From: Chrysomallon squamiferum
Taxonomy: Eukaryota; Animalia; Mollusca
Assembly (NCBI GenBank): GCA_012295275.1
Contig: CM022670.1
Location: forward strand, 5,394,001-5,458,000
DNA length: 64,000 nt
Direction of reading: 5' to 3'
Shown here: positions 1-10,919 of the stretch, piece by piece
How the letters are laid out: each line of letters starts with the position of its first letter
Numbering within the stretch: the first letter of the stretch is position 1
Translations under genes and position numbers: made by a program
Notes under the pieces: generated by a model
Told to the model about the DNA's origin: nothing
The model's input: the letters and a program-made list of their open reading frames with translations, nothing else
Databases searched by the model: none

Positions 1-173
1 TTACACAATAATAACAAAATATTCCGTATTGAAAAACTCATTGATGACAAGTATTCGTGATTCGAAATATACAGCAAAAACTTTTGACAGAATGATAAAT
101 TGTCATTTTGCTATATTGTTTATTTCTGTTGTTAATTACGAGACATACTCAGATACTGATCATTCGTTGTCAA

Positions 174-174
174 A

Positions 175-266
<92 letters not shown>
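174..266. repeat. Compound microsatellite (TAC)n(TAA)n, representative of dozens of AAT, AC, AG, AT, ATGT and poly-T tracts
   Basis: Direct reading. Other long tracts include (ATT)n 1317-1392, (GT)n 25051-25134, (CT)n 26886-26956 and (AT)n 30033-30105. Confidence 0.95.
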
Positions 267-268
<2 letters not shown>

Positions 269-932
269 TCACTCATCAGTGCTGACTGCTATGTAATCAT
301 TTGACTTTTCTTTATTTCGAGTCTGTTACGAAGCTTATGGTGTGAATAGTTTTAAAGGTGAAATCATGAAGTGAAAAACATGTCCATCTATACATCCGTC
401 TGAGCAGAATGTCTCAGTATATTGTTATTAGATATTCTTTTTGTCAGTTGTTATCCTTGAAACATCATTCCTTGTGTATTATTATTATTATTTTCAAATC
501 CAATGAATTATTTTTATATAAGTTATAATAATTATATTAATGTGCAGTTTAGTGGTTTTAACAGAAAACTGTTATATGAAGTTGGGATATGCATCATTTG
601 TTGTGTGTTTAACGCACAATAAAATGATCATTATTAATTAAATTAAATTTAAAAGACAATATTAGAGTCTGAAATTCCGATTGTTGTAACACCAGTATTT
701 CTAATAGACAAATTCGTATTTAATGGGATTGCATTATTACTATGATTATAGAATATATATTATGAATAAAATATGGTGTAAATTATATTTTGTAAATTGT
801 ATTAAATATATATTCTGAATATAAAATTTACAATAAATAAATAAATAAATAATATGCTTACAAATAATAAATCTACATATCATTATCGCTTCCGTCAAAG
901 CAAATATTAAATACAGATCTACGCAATTGTCG

Positions 933-1005
933 GCCGGAATAGCTCAGTTGGGAGAGCGTTAGATTGAAGATCTAAAGGCCCCCGGTTCAATCCCGGGTTC
1001 CGGCA
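933..1005 (+). tRNA. tRNA-Phe(GAA), copy 1 (C32T variant)
   Basis: 73-nt cloverleaf: acceptor GCCGGAA/TTCCGGC, A box TAGCTCAGTTGG, anticodon loop TTGAAGA (T at 964 where other copies have C), B box GGTTCAATCCC. T-run follows the trailer. Confidence 0.95.
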
Positions 1006-1033
1006 CAGAGCAAGTCGGACTCTGGCGGTCGAC
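1006..1033 (+). repeat. Invariant 28-nt tRNA 3' trailer CAGAGCAAGTCGGACTCTGGCGGTCGAC (also 1989-2016, 2930-2957, 8345-8372, 9315-9342, 10543-10570, 11571-11598)
   Basis: Exact 28-mer directly after the discriminator base of all seven full tRNA copies, followed within a few nt by a T-run (Pol III terminator-like). Confidence 0.97.
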
Positions 1034-1312
1034 AATATTTTTTTTGCCTCAATATTTATAAATTTGTTTTAATTGGCATCATTAAATCTATATCTATATT
1101 ATCCTTTATTACTGATTCCACACATGCAAATAACATTTTCTTAGAAAAAAAAAATCAGCTTCTGAGGTATCAGTTTCATAGAAACATCAATTTCTTATTA
1201 ATTTCCATAATAAAAGAAAGAAATTTCAGTTCCAAACTAATAAATGTTTAAAATTTTCTTGGAACCAATAATTCCATAGAAAGAGTTTTGTAAAATTAAT
1301 GTACATAATAAA

Positions 1313-1393
<81 letters not shown>

Positions 1394-1915
1394 GGTAGGT
1401 AAAATCATATCTTTTAAAGAGACATCACATAATACAAGCACTATAAAAACGGAAATATTGAGCTGATAAATTTCAAATTTCTTGAAAACAGTGATTTTAT
1501 TAAAAATACGCTTTTCCTGAAATCTCCGTGATAATATCATTATCGAAATTTCAGATTTTATCTTTTGTTGATAAACTAAATTTGTACAGTTTCCTAATTA
1601 TTATTTTGTTAATTATTCGTATTTACAAAATCTTAATTCAGATCCGACGTAATTACATCGTATTTTGTCATTCTCTATTTTTTATGAATTTTTAATTTAT
1701 TTTCACATTTATGTAAGATTATCGTCTGTTAATATTTGAAATGTTTGGAATATTTTTAGATTAATAAATTTCGTCTCTTTCAAAACAGTCAGAAAATTAG
1801 AAATGTTTATTTTATTTGGACCAAAAATAACATTATTATTAATATCATATGGGAAAAGAAATATTAACATTTTACTAACACTTTTAGTGACTGAACGTGA
1901 CAGTTGAAACTGTCG

Positions 1916-1988
1916 GCCGGAATAGCTCAGTTGGGAGAGCGTTAGACTGAAGATCTAAAGGCCCCCGGTTCAATCCCGGGTTCCGGCA
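1916..1988 (+). tRNA. tRNA-Phe(GAA), copy 2
   Basis: GCCGGAATAGCTCAGTTGGGAGAGCGTTAGACTGAAGATCTAAAGGCCCCCGGTTCAATCCCGGGTTCCGGCA; intact cloverleaf, GAA anticodon. Confidence 0.97.
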
Positions 1989-2151
1989 CAGAGCAAGTCG
2001 GACTCTGGCGGTCGACAATAATTTTTATTTATTTTATGTTGTTTTTATTCTTTAAAGACTCTATAACATAACTACTCGATTTTACGTACAAGTGTTCTAA
2101 GAATGATATATCAAATATATATACCAGAAATACGAGCATAAATAGTGTAAG

Positions 2152-2218
2152 ACTGACTGAAGTGCTGTGTGGAATGTAAAGTAGTGCTATATTAACTAAC
2201 ATGAACACATAAGGAAGT
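2152..2218 (+). pseudogene. Truncated remnant of the H/ACA snoRNA
   Basis: ACTGACTGAAGTGCTGTGTGGAATGTAAAGTAGTGCTATATTAA is identical to copies A-C. Only TGAACACAT..GGAAGT of hairpin 2 follows. The 5' arm, guide and ACA box are missing. Confidence 0.8.
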
Positions 2219-2856
2219 GATTATTCATTTTTATTTTGAAACGACCGTCTTTTTGAAAACTGTTCAATTTAGAAACTTTAAAAATATTTATAGAGATTTT
2301 ACTATTTCTATTTAAATTTATATTATTTCTTATTATTATTACACATGATAAAATATATAAACTTGCATATTTAAAAAGTAGTAATAATAAATAAATAAAT
2401 ATAGACAAAAAAATTGATTTTTTTTTTTTTTTAATAAGCACCTCAACGGATTTTGTTTTAATGCATTAGATTCACATTCTGAGCAAGTGAACCAATATAA
2501 CGTATATATATTTTTTTAAATTTAAATTTCGGAGCCATGTTAATGAGTGTTAACAAAAACCATGACAAGACACAGTAATATTATTTCTGTCTTTAATCTG
2601 GATCAAAATAACCTTTGTCCTTTCTCCATACAGGTGACACGGTAGCTTGGCATTGTTGCAACATTTTATTTGAATAGTTTTAAAGGTGCTGCATTAAATC
2701 AGTAACTATCAGTATCTCAGTTAGCCGATATCGTGTATATTAAAAAGTTTATTCCGTGAAGTTGGTATCTTGTATAATTTTTACAGTCAACGCTTTTAAA
2801 TTACATCACGACTAATGTGACCATGTGGTCATCAAGCGTAGCATATGAAATTGTCG

Positions 2857-2929
2857 GCCGGAATAGCTCAGTTGGGAGAGCGTTAGACTGAAGATCTAAA
2901 GGCCCCCGGTTCAATCCCGGGTTCCGGCA
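2857..2929 (+). tRNA. tRNA-Phe(GAA), copy 3
   Basis: Identical to copy 2. Confidence 0.97.
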
Positions 2930-3530
2930 CAGAGCAAGTCGGACTCTGGCGGTCGACCAATCTATTTTGTTTGTTTTCTTCTATTATTATTTTTATATAT
3001 TCTTAGTGAATTATTACGAGTGTTAGTTATTGTTGTTACTTGAAATAGTTTTTGAAAAATAACATTTTGTATTATATAAAATGAAACGAACATAATACAC
3101 GTAATCCAGTTCTGATCACGTCATTTGGACCACGTTGTTTCGGAGCCATCTTGACCATAGATTCGGGCTTTTATTTTAAACTTAACTGTTTTAAGATATA
3201 TTGCAGCACATCAGAAGTGTTTTTGAAATTAGGAGTCGATCAGGTAGTACTTTATACATCCACTGTACATAAAATATTCTGAAACTGAACCATTTAACAG
3301 TCTGTAGTATCCGATACAAAGCACTTTTCTTCGTACATCTAGGCTTGTTACCAAGCTCCGAATTTGAAGAGTTTTAAAAGTTTAAGGCGAAATGTTGAAA
3401 TGGTCAGCAAATCGAGTGGCTAGCCTTTGCATCGTAATATAAGTTATCATAATATCAGTTTATTAGTGGAATTATCATTAATTATTATTGTCCTCAAATC
3501 CGACAACCATCTATTATTTATTTATTTATT

Positions 3531-3584
<54 letters not shown>

Positions 3585-3670
3585 TATCAAACCGGCAAAT
3601 TCGGTTTAACTGCATTATATTTATAACTATGATTGGAAGCAGTGACTAAAAATAGAATATTAAACTGTCG

Positions 3671-3728
3671 GCCGGAATAGCTCAGTTGGGAGAGCGTTAG
3701 ACCGAAGATCTAAAGGCCCCCGGTCGAC
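3671..3728 (+). pseudogene. tRNA-Phe pseudogene (copy 4) with 43-nt deletion removing T-loop, 3' acceptor strand and most of the trailer
   Basis: tRNA nt 1-54 are joined directly to the trailer end (CCCCCGGT|CGAC). It also has T33C at 3703. The B box is destroyed. Confidence 0.93.
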
Positions 3729-3898
3729 AATATTTTGTTTATTTGTGTTGTTTTAATTCTTTAAATGGTAGGTTACAGGTTCTTATTATTTTTTTTTTTT
3801 TTTTTTTTTAAATCAGCAAATTTCAGTTTTATTTATTTTGAGCATATTATTTTTTTAAGTGAGTAGCTAAGTTTTAATTTTGTTTTTATTTTGTCTGT

Positions 3899-4804
3899 TG
3901 TCACGGAATTCAGACTGCGTAACCAAATTTGTTACTTCAATCAGAGATCCGCTCCTTCTATTTTTAAGCGATGAATACAGATTGCGTAACTTTAGTTGTT
4001 ACTACAAATCACATCCGCTCTTCTGATTTTAAGCTATGGAATTGAAATTGCGTGACTTTAATTATTACTACAATCACATCCGCTCTTTTTATTGTTTCCG
4101 CTAACTTGGGCTGTTCATTCCATGGCGTTGTTAGAAAAAGGCTGCCATTTTGGTAATTAAATACGACAGACACACCCGCTTACCTGTCAGAAAGTTTGCC
4201 TGTCGTAGACGTGTTTCACAACAGCTTGCTCTGATTAGCACGTTAATTGTTTTCAAGGTTCAAGGTAATTAAAGACAGAGCAAAGTAAGCGAGAGCTAAC
4301 GAGACGGTCAAGATGAGAATTCAGTCAGGCAGGAAAACCAAATGTTTTTGATTGACATTGTCTTTACGGACTAGTATGGTAAGCAATTGTCTATTCTTAT
4401 TTTGATAGGGTGTAATGTGCAATTAACCTGTGTCAATAACATTTATTATACCTAAAATTTTAAGGTTTTAATCTGTCCTCTTATTTTGTCTTGGTCCACG
4501 AATGATCTTACTCATATGACCTTTCTCGTATCATTAATCAAAATTACTTAAACGTGTGTTTTATGATTGTATAAATTATAATGTATTATTATCAAGTCAC
4601 CTGAATATCATAATTAAATAATTAACGTGAACCTTAACTGGTGTTGTGTTTATTTCTCTAGTGGATAGATAGACATTGATTTATATAGATTGCTGTCAAT
4701 TTAGTGTTTATATGCCTTGTTAGGTGGCCATTAAAGCACCTTGTTACCTTAGTTTGAGCCTTAATAAAACATACAAGGTGTTTAAAGGTGTGAGCTCTAT
4801 GACA
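3899..4804 (+). mobile_element. Solo LTR (906 bp) of an LTR retrotransposon
   Basis: Termini TGTCA...TGACA, flanked by a 5-bp direct repeat TCTGT (3894-3898 and 4805-4809). AATAAA lies about 40 nt before the right end; tandem repeats near the left end. Strand is inferred from the poly(A) signal. Confidence 0.8.
3906..4090 (+). repeat. Three imperfect ~65-bp tandem repeats in the LTR U3-like region
   Basis: Each unit has GAAT..(C/T)TGCGT(A/G)AC..TTACT..AATCA..ATCCGCTC. Confidence 0.85.
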
Positions 4805-5406
4805 TCTGTATAAAAAATATTATTGCCCAAACATCAGTATCTGTTGTTATAATCTTTATAAAATGTATCTCTAGGAATCCTTTTATTTATTTTATTTTGT
4901 GTTGTTTTACACATACTTATATTAAGTTAATTCAGTCTCATCACTATTATTACATTCATTAATTCAGTCTCATGTCCTGTGTATCTATTATTACATTCAT
5001 TTAATTTTGTGTTGTTTTACACATACTTATTTTAATTCAGTCCAAAGTCATTAATGATTTAGCTTAACTTAAAAATCGCATGTCCTGTGATCTGAAGGAT
5101 GATGAAGATTTGTGCTATTTGTTATTTTATTCTGACGAATTGTTTGATTTAATATCTATCTTTCATGAAATATGTATTCATATATTGAAGAACACAGGGT
5201 TTCAATTATATCAGTTAAAAATACTATTGCTGTTTGTATTTTTTTAACAGTAGAAAAGTGTTCAATAGAAGTTATAAATATTATTCTATCAATTTATACT
5301 GTTTTAGTTCTTTAAATGTTATGTTACAGATTCTTATAAATATAATTTTTGTTATACAAAAATCTATTTTATTGGTATCGTTTTTATTTTGGTTTGTTTG
5401 TTGTTG

Positions 5407-5449
<43 letters not shown>

Positions 5450-6839
5450 AAAATAAAAATAATAAAGTAGGCTATCTGGGAAAGCAAAATTGTAATTATT
5501 TTATTCTGTGAAATACAATCGGCTACAGACTTGGGGATTTTATTTTTATGCGTCACTGTTTTGATGACGTCACTAGGAAATTGCAGGCGCCATGTTGTCC
5601 ATTTACTTTTCAATATTATGGAACTGGCTCGATAAATTTGTGGACTGGCTGTTGAAATGACGAGTCTACTAAAGAGGTATCATTTCTCTTTTAATTAGTT
5701 TTTAATAACAAAACAAGAAAATATCATTAATTCATAAAGCATGGACGAATGATTTTTTAAAAATAAAAATAGGAAACTCGTTGTTTGCATACATAATAGT
5801 ACATGTTTTAGAAGTTGAAAACTTTTTGTTTTAACGAAAAAGAGTGAAAATTTAATTATTAGTAAAAAAATGTATACGGCCGGTTGACGGACCTTTAAAG
5901 TTTGGGGGGTTTTAATTATTATTTTCTGTTGTAAAACTGATTCAGGTGTTATAATGAATGTATCAAGGCAATCATTCACATAACACGTGAGCTCACGGAA
6001 ATTTTTAAACTTCCAAATTAAATTATTTTGTGTCCATTTTTCAGAAATTTTTATGATTTACACTGTTAAAGGTAAGGATGGTTCTTCATATTACCAAACC
6101 ATGATGTCACGGACCTTTTCTAACTACTTTTTCAACTTAATCAAATTTTTCAAACTGGATTATTTTTGCGTAAAGGCATGCATAAGGGCGAAAACAAACG
6201 TATTCCAATGGTACCAATTTTTATAACACAGTAGTGTAGGGAAAATTCTGACGTTTTTTTTTTTTTTTTTTTAAATTAGCGATTAAAGTAATCATAACTC
6301 ACCTTCGCTGAGGCACTTTTTTTTTATCCGTGTTTATTTTCTCTTCAGAAATCTGCTCGGATGAAAGCGAAGGTAGGATGATTAATATTCATGGGCAAAG
6401 TGTTGACTTAGTCATAAGATTGTTCTGTCTATCCGTTTATAAAACTGCAGTGAGTTAATATAACGCTAAGATACTGACTGACGAGCAAGCCAGAAAAAAT
6501 CAGTCATACCTAATTGTTGTTAATATTTTTATTTTATTGAAACAGAATCCTACAAGAGTTCCAACTTCTAAATGTTAAAATCTTTAATAATTTGAATGAA
6601 ACAGGTCACAAATTTAATAACAATAAAAAAAAATCTGTTATTTTCCAGCAATGTATATAATTAACTAATTTTCTTCTACAATTTAGTTCTAAGAATGAGA
6701 TGTATAAGTTAAGCAATATGACTATGGCTAAACTGTGTTTTATAATTTTTTAAAATAAATTAGTCAAATGGTTAAGCGACTGAGATTTTAGTATGAATTA
6801 TCACTCCTGCTTTCTTACTGTTTTTCCATCTTTTTTCTT

Positions 6840-6882
<43 letters not shown>

Positions 6883-7682
6883 CAGCTTCCCTCTATCATT
6901 TAAGGGTTATTGTATTATTATGGATCAATATTTATTTATTTATTTATTTATTTTAATTTTACACACACACAAATACACACAACACGTGCATTTTTTCTTT
7001 CACCAGTCTGTTCACAAACTGTATTATAGTTCAGTAGACTGTTTATTAACATTTGTACGCTGCATTCATATTGTATGTAATAAACGGACTTTTTTCTCTC
7101 TCTCCTGCCAGCTTAGCACAATCTGTTACACGACCAAGGTCAAGGTGATTTACACGTACGGGTTTCTAAAATGACGAAGTGTTTATGTGTTTGATGATTG
7201 AATTACAAAACAGTTTGTCGTAAGTACACGAAAAGGTAAAAAAAAGAAAACAAGTGATACTTTTAATCTCGAAACTAACAACTAGTTTTGATTTTTATTT
7301 AATTGTAGTGTAATTTTCACTTAATCGACGATGTAGAAAAGTTGATTTATTCACTTGAGTGAAGAGTGCTAAAGATAAAATGAAATATTATTGTGCTAGA
7401 CGTCTGCCCCATTTTCGGTGAATGTAACGATATATTCAGCTCTTTGTTGTGTTTCAAATTGCACTGCAACGACTGCGAGAATATAATTCACTTCCTCTGT
7501 TTTTCTTGCGTATTCTGTTCTTAACGTTTCAGTGATATTTCAAACATTTTACTTGAACGACTTCAAATCGCTCCACAATATTTGAGTATAATCGCACAGT
7601 TACAATATTTTACAGACAAAGCCTGCGAAGAATTTTAATTGTTGACCTAATTTTCATTCAGTGAAATCATTTATGCATATCC

Positions 7683-7718
<36 letters not shown>

Positions 7719-8271
7719 ATACATCTTGGTTATTCTGGCGTATTTCCGACCTTGGTGCGCCTTGAACAGGCGCAGTAACAAGTACTGTACTAATATTTTA
7801 TTATTTATATGCCATACGTAATGTTATTTACATTAGTCGTATAACAGTTATTTATATAAATATTTACAATACTTTGAATGCTATTAATGTGCAATTCAGT
7901 GGTTTTAACAGAAAACTATTATATGAAGCTGGAATATGCATCATTTGTTGTGTGTTTTACGCACAATAAAATGATCATTATTAATTAAATTAAATTTAAA
8001 AGACAATATTAGAGTCTGAAATTCCGATTGTTGTAACACCAGTATTTCTAATAGACAAATTCGTATTTAATGGGATTGCATTATTATTATGATTGTAGAA
8101 TATATATTATGAATAAAATATGGTGTAAATTATATTTTGTAAATTGTATTAAATATATATTCTGAATGTAAAATTTACAATAAATAAATAATATGCTTAC
8201 AAATAATAAATCTACATATCATTATCGCTTCCGTCAAAGCAAATATTAAATACAGATCTACACAATTGTCG

Positions 8272-8344
8272 GCCGGAATAGCTCAGTTGGGAGAGCGTTA
8301 GACTGAAGATCTAAAGGCCCCCGGTTCAATCCCGGGTTCCGGCA
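8272..8344 (+). tRNA. tRNA-Phe(GAA), copy 5
   Basis: Identical to copy 2; long T-run after the trailer. Confidence 0.97.
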
Positions 8345-8503
8345 CAGAGCAAGTCGGACTCTGGCGGTCGACCAATGTTTTTTTTTTTTAAATAATTTCT
8401 TTTTACTCTGTCATTTTCCACTACAACCTTAAACAAATGAATAAAGTAATGTTAAATTTATACTGATGTCAAAAACAGTTATAAACAGAAGAGCGAATTT
8501 AAA

Positions 8504-8628
8504 TGCACTTGTTCTACGCCACACTGACTGAAGTGCTGTGTGGAATGTAAAGTAGTGCTATATTAAATAGCGTGATAGCTATCCTGACTTCGTGAACACA
8601 TGGAAGTCGGAAAGATCATGGTACAATA
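8504..8628 (+). ncRNA. Box H/ACA snoRNA candidate, copy A; 3' pocket predicted to guide a 28S rRNA pseudouridine
   Basis: Hairpin 1 (GCACT/AGTGC lower stem, CCACAC/GTGTGG upper stem), H box ATATTA 8560-8565, hairpin 2 (CGTGAT/ATCATG lower, GACTTC/GAAGTC upper), ACA 8623-8625 exactly 14 nt from the upper stem. Pocket strands AGCTATCCT and GGAAA are complementary to 28S UUUCCCUCAGGAUAGCU (rRNA sequence recalled, not searched). Confidence 0.85.
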
Positions 8629-9241
8629 AAAACGATTATTTTGAAGAATTCCATTGTTTCATTTTAATTGTTAAGTTTATACGTATTCGAGTTCAAATCA
8701 GCCTTCCAGAAATATTAATTTTTATTATTATTTTCTTCTTCTTTTTTAATTAAAATAATAATAATGATGATGATAGTAATAATAACAATTTGTATCTACT
8801 TACAGCTGTTTATATTCAATAATATCTTGCAACTTTATTTTTAAAGCATTTATTTTATGGACGACTTGTTAAGATTAAGATAATTTTACAAAATGTAACC
8901 TTTATTATTTGATTATTGCAATTATTTATGTTGAAAATAACTTGCTGTGGTTGTTTCTAAGCTCTGTTTCATAAATGAATGTAATAATAGTGATGATGAG
9001 ATTGATCGCTGAATTAACTCAATATAAAAATGTGTGTAAAAAAACCCAACACAAAATAAACATATCAAAATAAATAAAACTGAAATTTGTTGATTTAGAC
9101 AAAAAAAAAAAAAAACCTCCAAAATCTATCAGTGCTTATCATAAGTTTATTGTTATATTATTGCATGAGAGGGGGAAAAAAAGAAGAAAATAATAGTTTT
9201 TCAAAGGGTTGAGTAACTAGAAACGGCAAAATGAAGCGTCG

Positions 9242-9314
9242 GCCGGAATAGCTCAGTTGGGAGAGCGTTAGACTGAAGATCTAAAGGCCCCCGGTTCAAT
9301 CCCGGGTTACGGCA
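9242..9314 (+). tRNA. tRNA-Phe(GAA), copy 6 (C68A, acceptor-stem mismatch)
   Basis: As copy 2 except TTACGGC instead of TTCCGGC (A at 9309), giving a G5xA68 mismatch. Confidence 0.9.
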
Positions 9315-9600
9315 CAGAGCAAGTCGGACTCTGGCGGTCGACCAAGGTTTTTGTCCTCTCTCTTCCCCGAAAATTGTTACTTTATTTTATATCATTTATT
9401 TATTTTTATTTTTTTAACTCATCGTGTAACCAGAAAATAATTTATTCATTTTATTTCTTTGTTTACAGTCCCATGTATTATATGTTTTTAAATTTTATGT
9501 GAGAGAAAACAAAAGAAAAGAAGAAAATGAAGTAAAAAGAGGATATTATGATCTAATTAATGTTTATTTTTTTTTTTTTTTTTTTTTTTAATTAATTAAT

Positions 9601-9635
<35 letters not shown>

Positions 9636-9732
9636 TTATAGATTGTTTGTTTGTATTTAAATGTTATTAAATACATTATTGTATCTTCACGATAATTGTA
9701 TTGTACCTTTAAAAATATGTTAAATCATAGTT

Positions 9733-9857
9733 TGCACTTGTTCTACGTCACACTGACTGAAGTGCTGTGTGGAATGTAAAGTAGTGCTATATTAAATAGC
9801 GTGATAGTTATCCTGACTTCGTGAACACATGGAAGTCGGAAAGATCATGGTACAGTA
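9733..9857 (+). ncRNA. Box H/ACA snoRNA candidate, copy B
   Basis: Near-identical to copy A. The two internal substitutions (TCACAC in the upper stem, AGTTATCCT in the guide) convert C-G pairs to U-G wobbles. ACA at 9852-9854. Confidence 0.85.
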
Positions 9858-10469
9858 CAAACGATTATTTTGAAGAATTCCATTGTTTCGTTTTAATTGT
9901 TAAGTTTATACGTATTCGAGTTCAAATCAGCCTTCCAGAAATATTAATTTTTATTATTATTTTCTTCTTCTTTTTTAATTTAAAATAATAATAATGATGA
10001 TGATGATAGTAATAATAACAATTTGTATCTACTTACTGCTGTTTATATTCAATAATATCTTGCAACTTTATTTTTAAAGCATTTATTTTATGGACGACTT
10101 GTTAAGATTAAGATAATTTTACAAAATGTAACCTTTATCTGATTATTGCAATTATTTATGTTGAAAATAGCTTGCTGTGGTTGTTTCTAAGCTCTGTTTC
10201 ATTAATGAATGTAATAATAGTGATGATGAGATTGATCGCTGAATTAACTCAATATAAAAATGTGTGTTAAAAACAACACAAAATAAAAGAAATAAACATA
10301 TCAAAATATATAAAACTGAAATTTGCCGATTTAGACCTAAAAACCCCAAATCTATCATAGTGCTTATCATAAGTTTATTGTTATATTATTGATTGAGAGG
10401 GGTGAACAAAAAAGAAAATTATAGTTTTTCAAAGGGTTGAGTAACTAGAAACGGCAAAATGAAGCGTCG

Positions 10470-10542
10470 GCCGGAATAGCTCAGTTGGGAGAGCGTTAGA
10501 CTGAAGATCTAAAGGCCCCCGGTTCAATCCCGGGTTCCGGCA
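10470..10542 (+). tRNA. tRNA-Phe(GAA), copy 7
   Basis: Identical to copy 2. Confidence 0.97.
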
Positions 10543-10919
10543 CAGAGCAAGTCGGACTCTGGCGGTCGACCAACTTTTTTGTTCATTCAAAAAGATTATT
10601 CCCTCTCCCTTCCCGGAAAATTATTAGTTTAGTTTATTTCATTTATTTATTTTTATTTTTTTAACTCATCGTGTAACCAGAAAATAATTTATTCATTTTA
10701 TTTCTTTGTATTATGTGTTTTTAAATTTTATGTGAGAGAAAACAAAAGAAAAAAGAAAATGAAGTAAAAAGAGGATATGATGATATTTATTTTATTTATT
10801 TATTTATTTATTTATTTATTATAGTTTGTTTGTTTGTCTGTATTTAAATGTTATTAAATACATTATTGTATCTTCACGATAATTGTATTGTACCTTTAAA
10901 AATATGTTAAATCGTAGTT

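Larger units (their letters stand above)
535..1033 (+). repeat. ~500-bp segment (upstream flank + tRNA + trailer) duplicated at 7882-8372
   Basis: Near-identical from TATTAATGTGCA through the trailer, with few substitutions and an AAAT-repeat length difference. Confidence 0.93.

Noticed and set aside
590-712. Second possible H/ACA RNA (hairpin, AGACAA, TATTAGA/TCTAATA, ACA) in the duplicated flank
   Set aside because: No convincing upper stem or pocket in hairpin 2, an overlong AT-only hinge and no target found.
1006-1037. tRNA plus trailer as an H/ACA RNA (AGAGCA H-box-like, ACA after the trailer)
   Set aside because: ACA is present only in copies 1, 2 and 4 (others have ACC), and the second hairpin is far too small for a pocket.
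6290-6487. Box C/D snoRNA-like GGATGA...CTGA with TGCTCG/CGAGCA stem
   Set aside because: The C box is non-consensus and the stem abuts GA with no k-turn bulge. No guide was found. The overlapping inverted repeat ACCTTCGCT/AGCGAAGGT suggests a repeat remnant.
8510-8553. U5 snRNA (GAUUUCCGUGGAG) or 28S (GGUGUAGAAUAAGUG) as target of the 5' pocket
   Set aside because: U5 gives only 3 bp on one side. The 28S match is contiguous and one-sided rather than bipartite around a uridine.
8990-9012. GTGATGATGA...CTGA C/D-like boxes in two spacers
   Set aside because: Only ~9 nt between boxes, no terminal stem or recognisable guide, and absent from the third unit.
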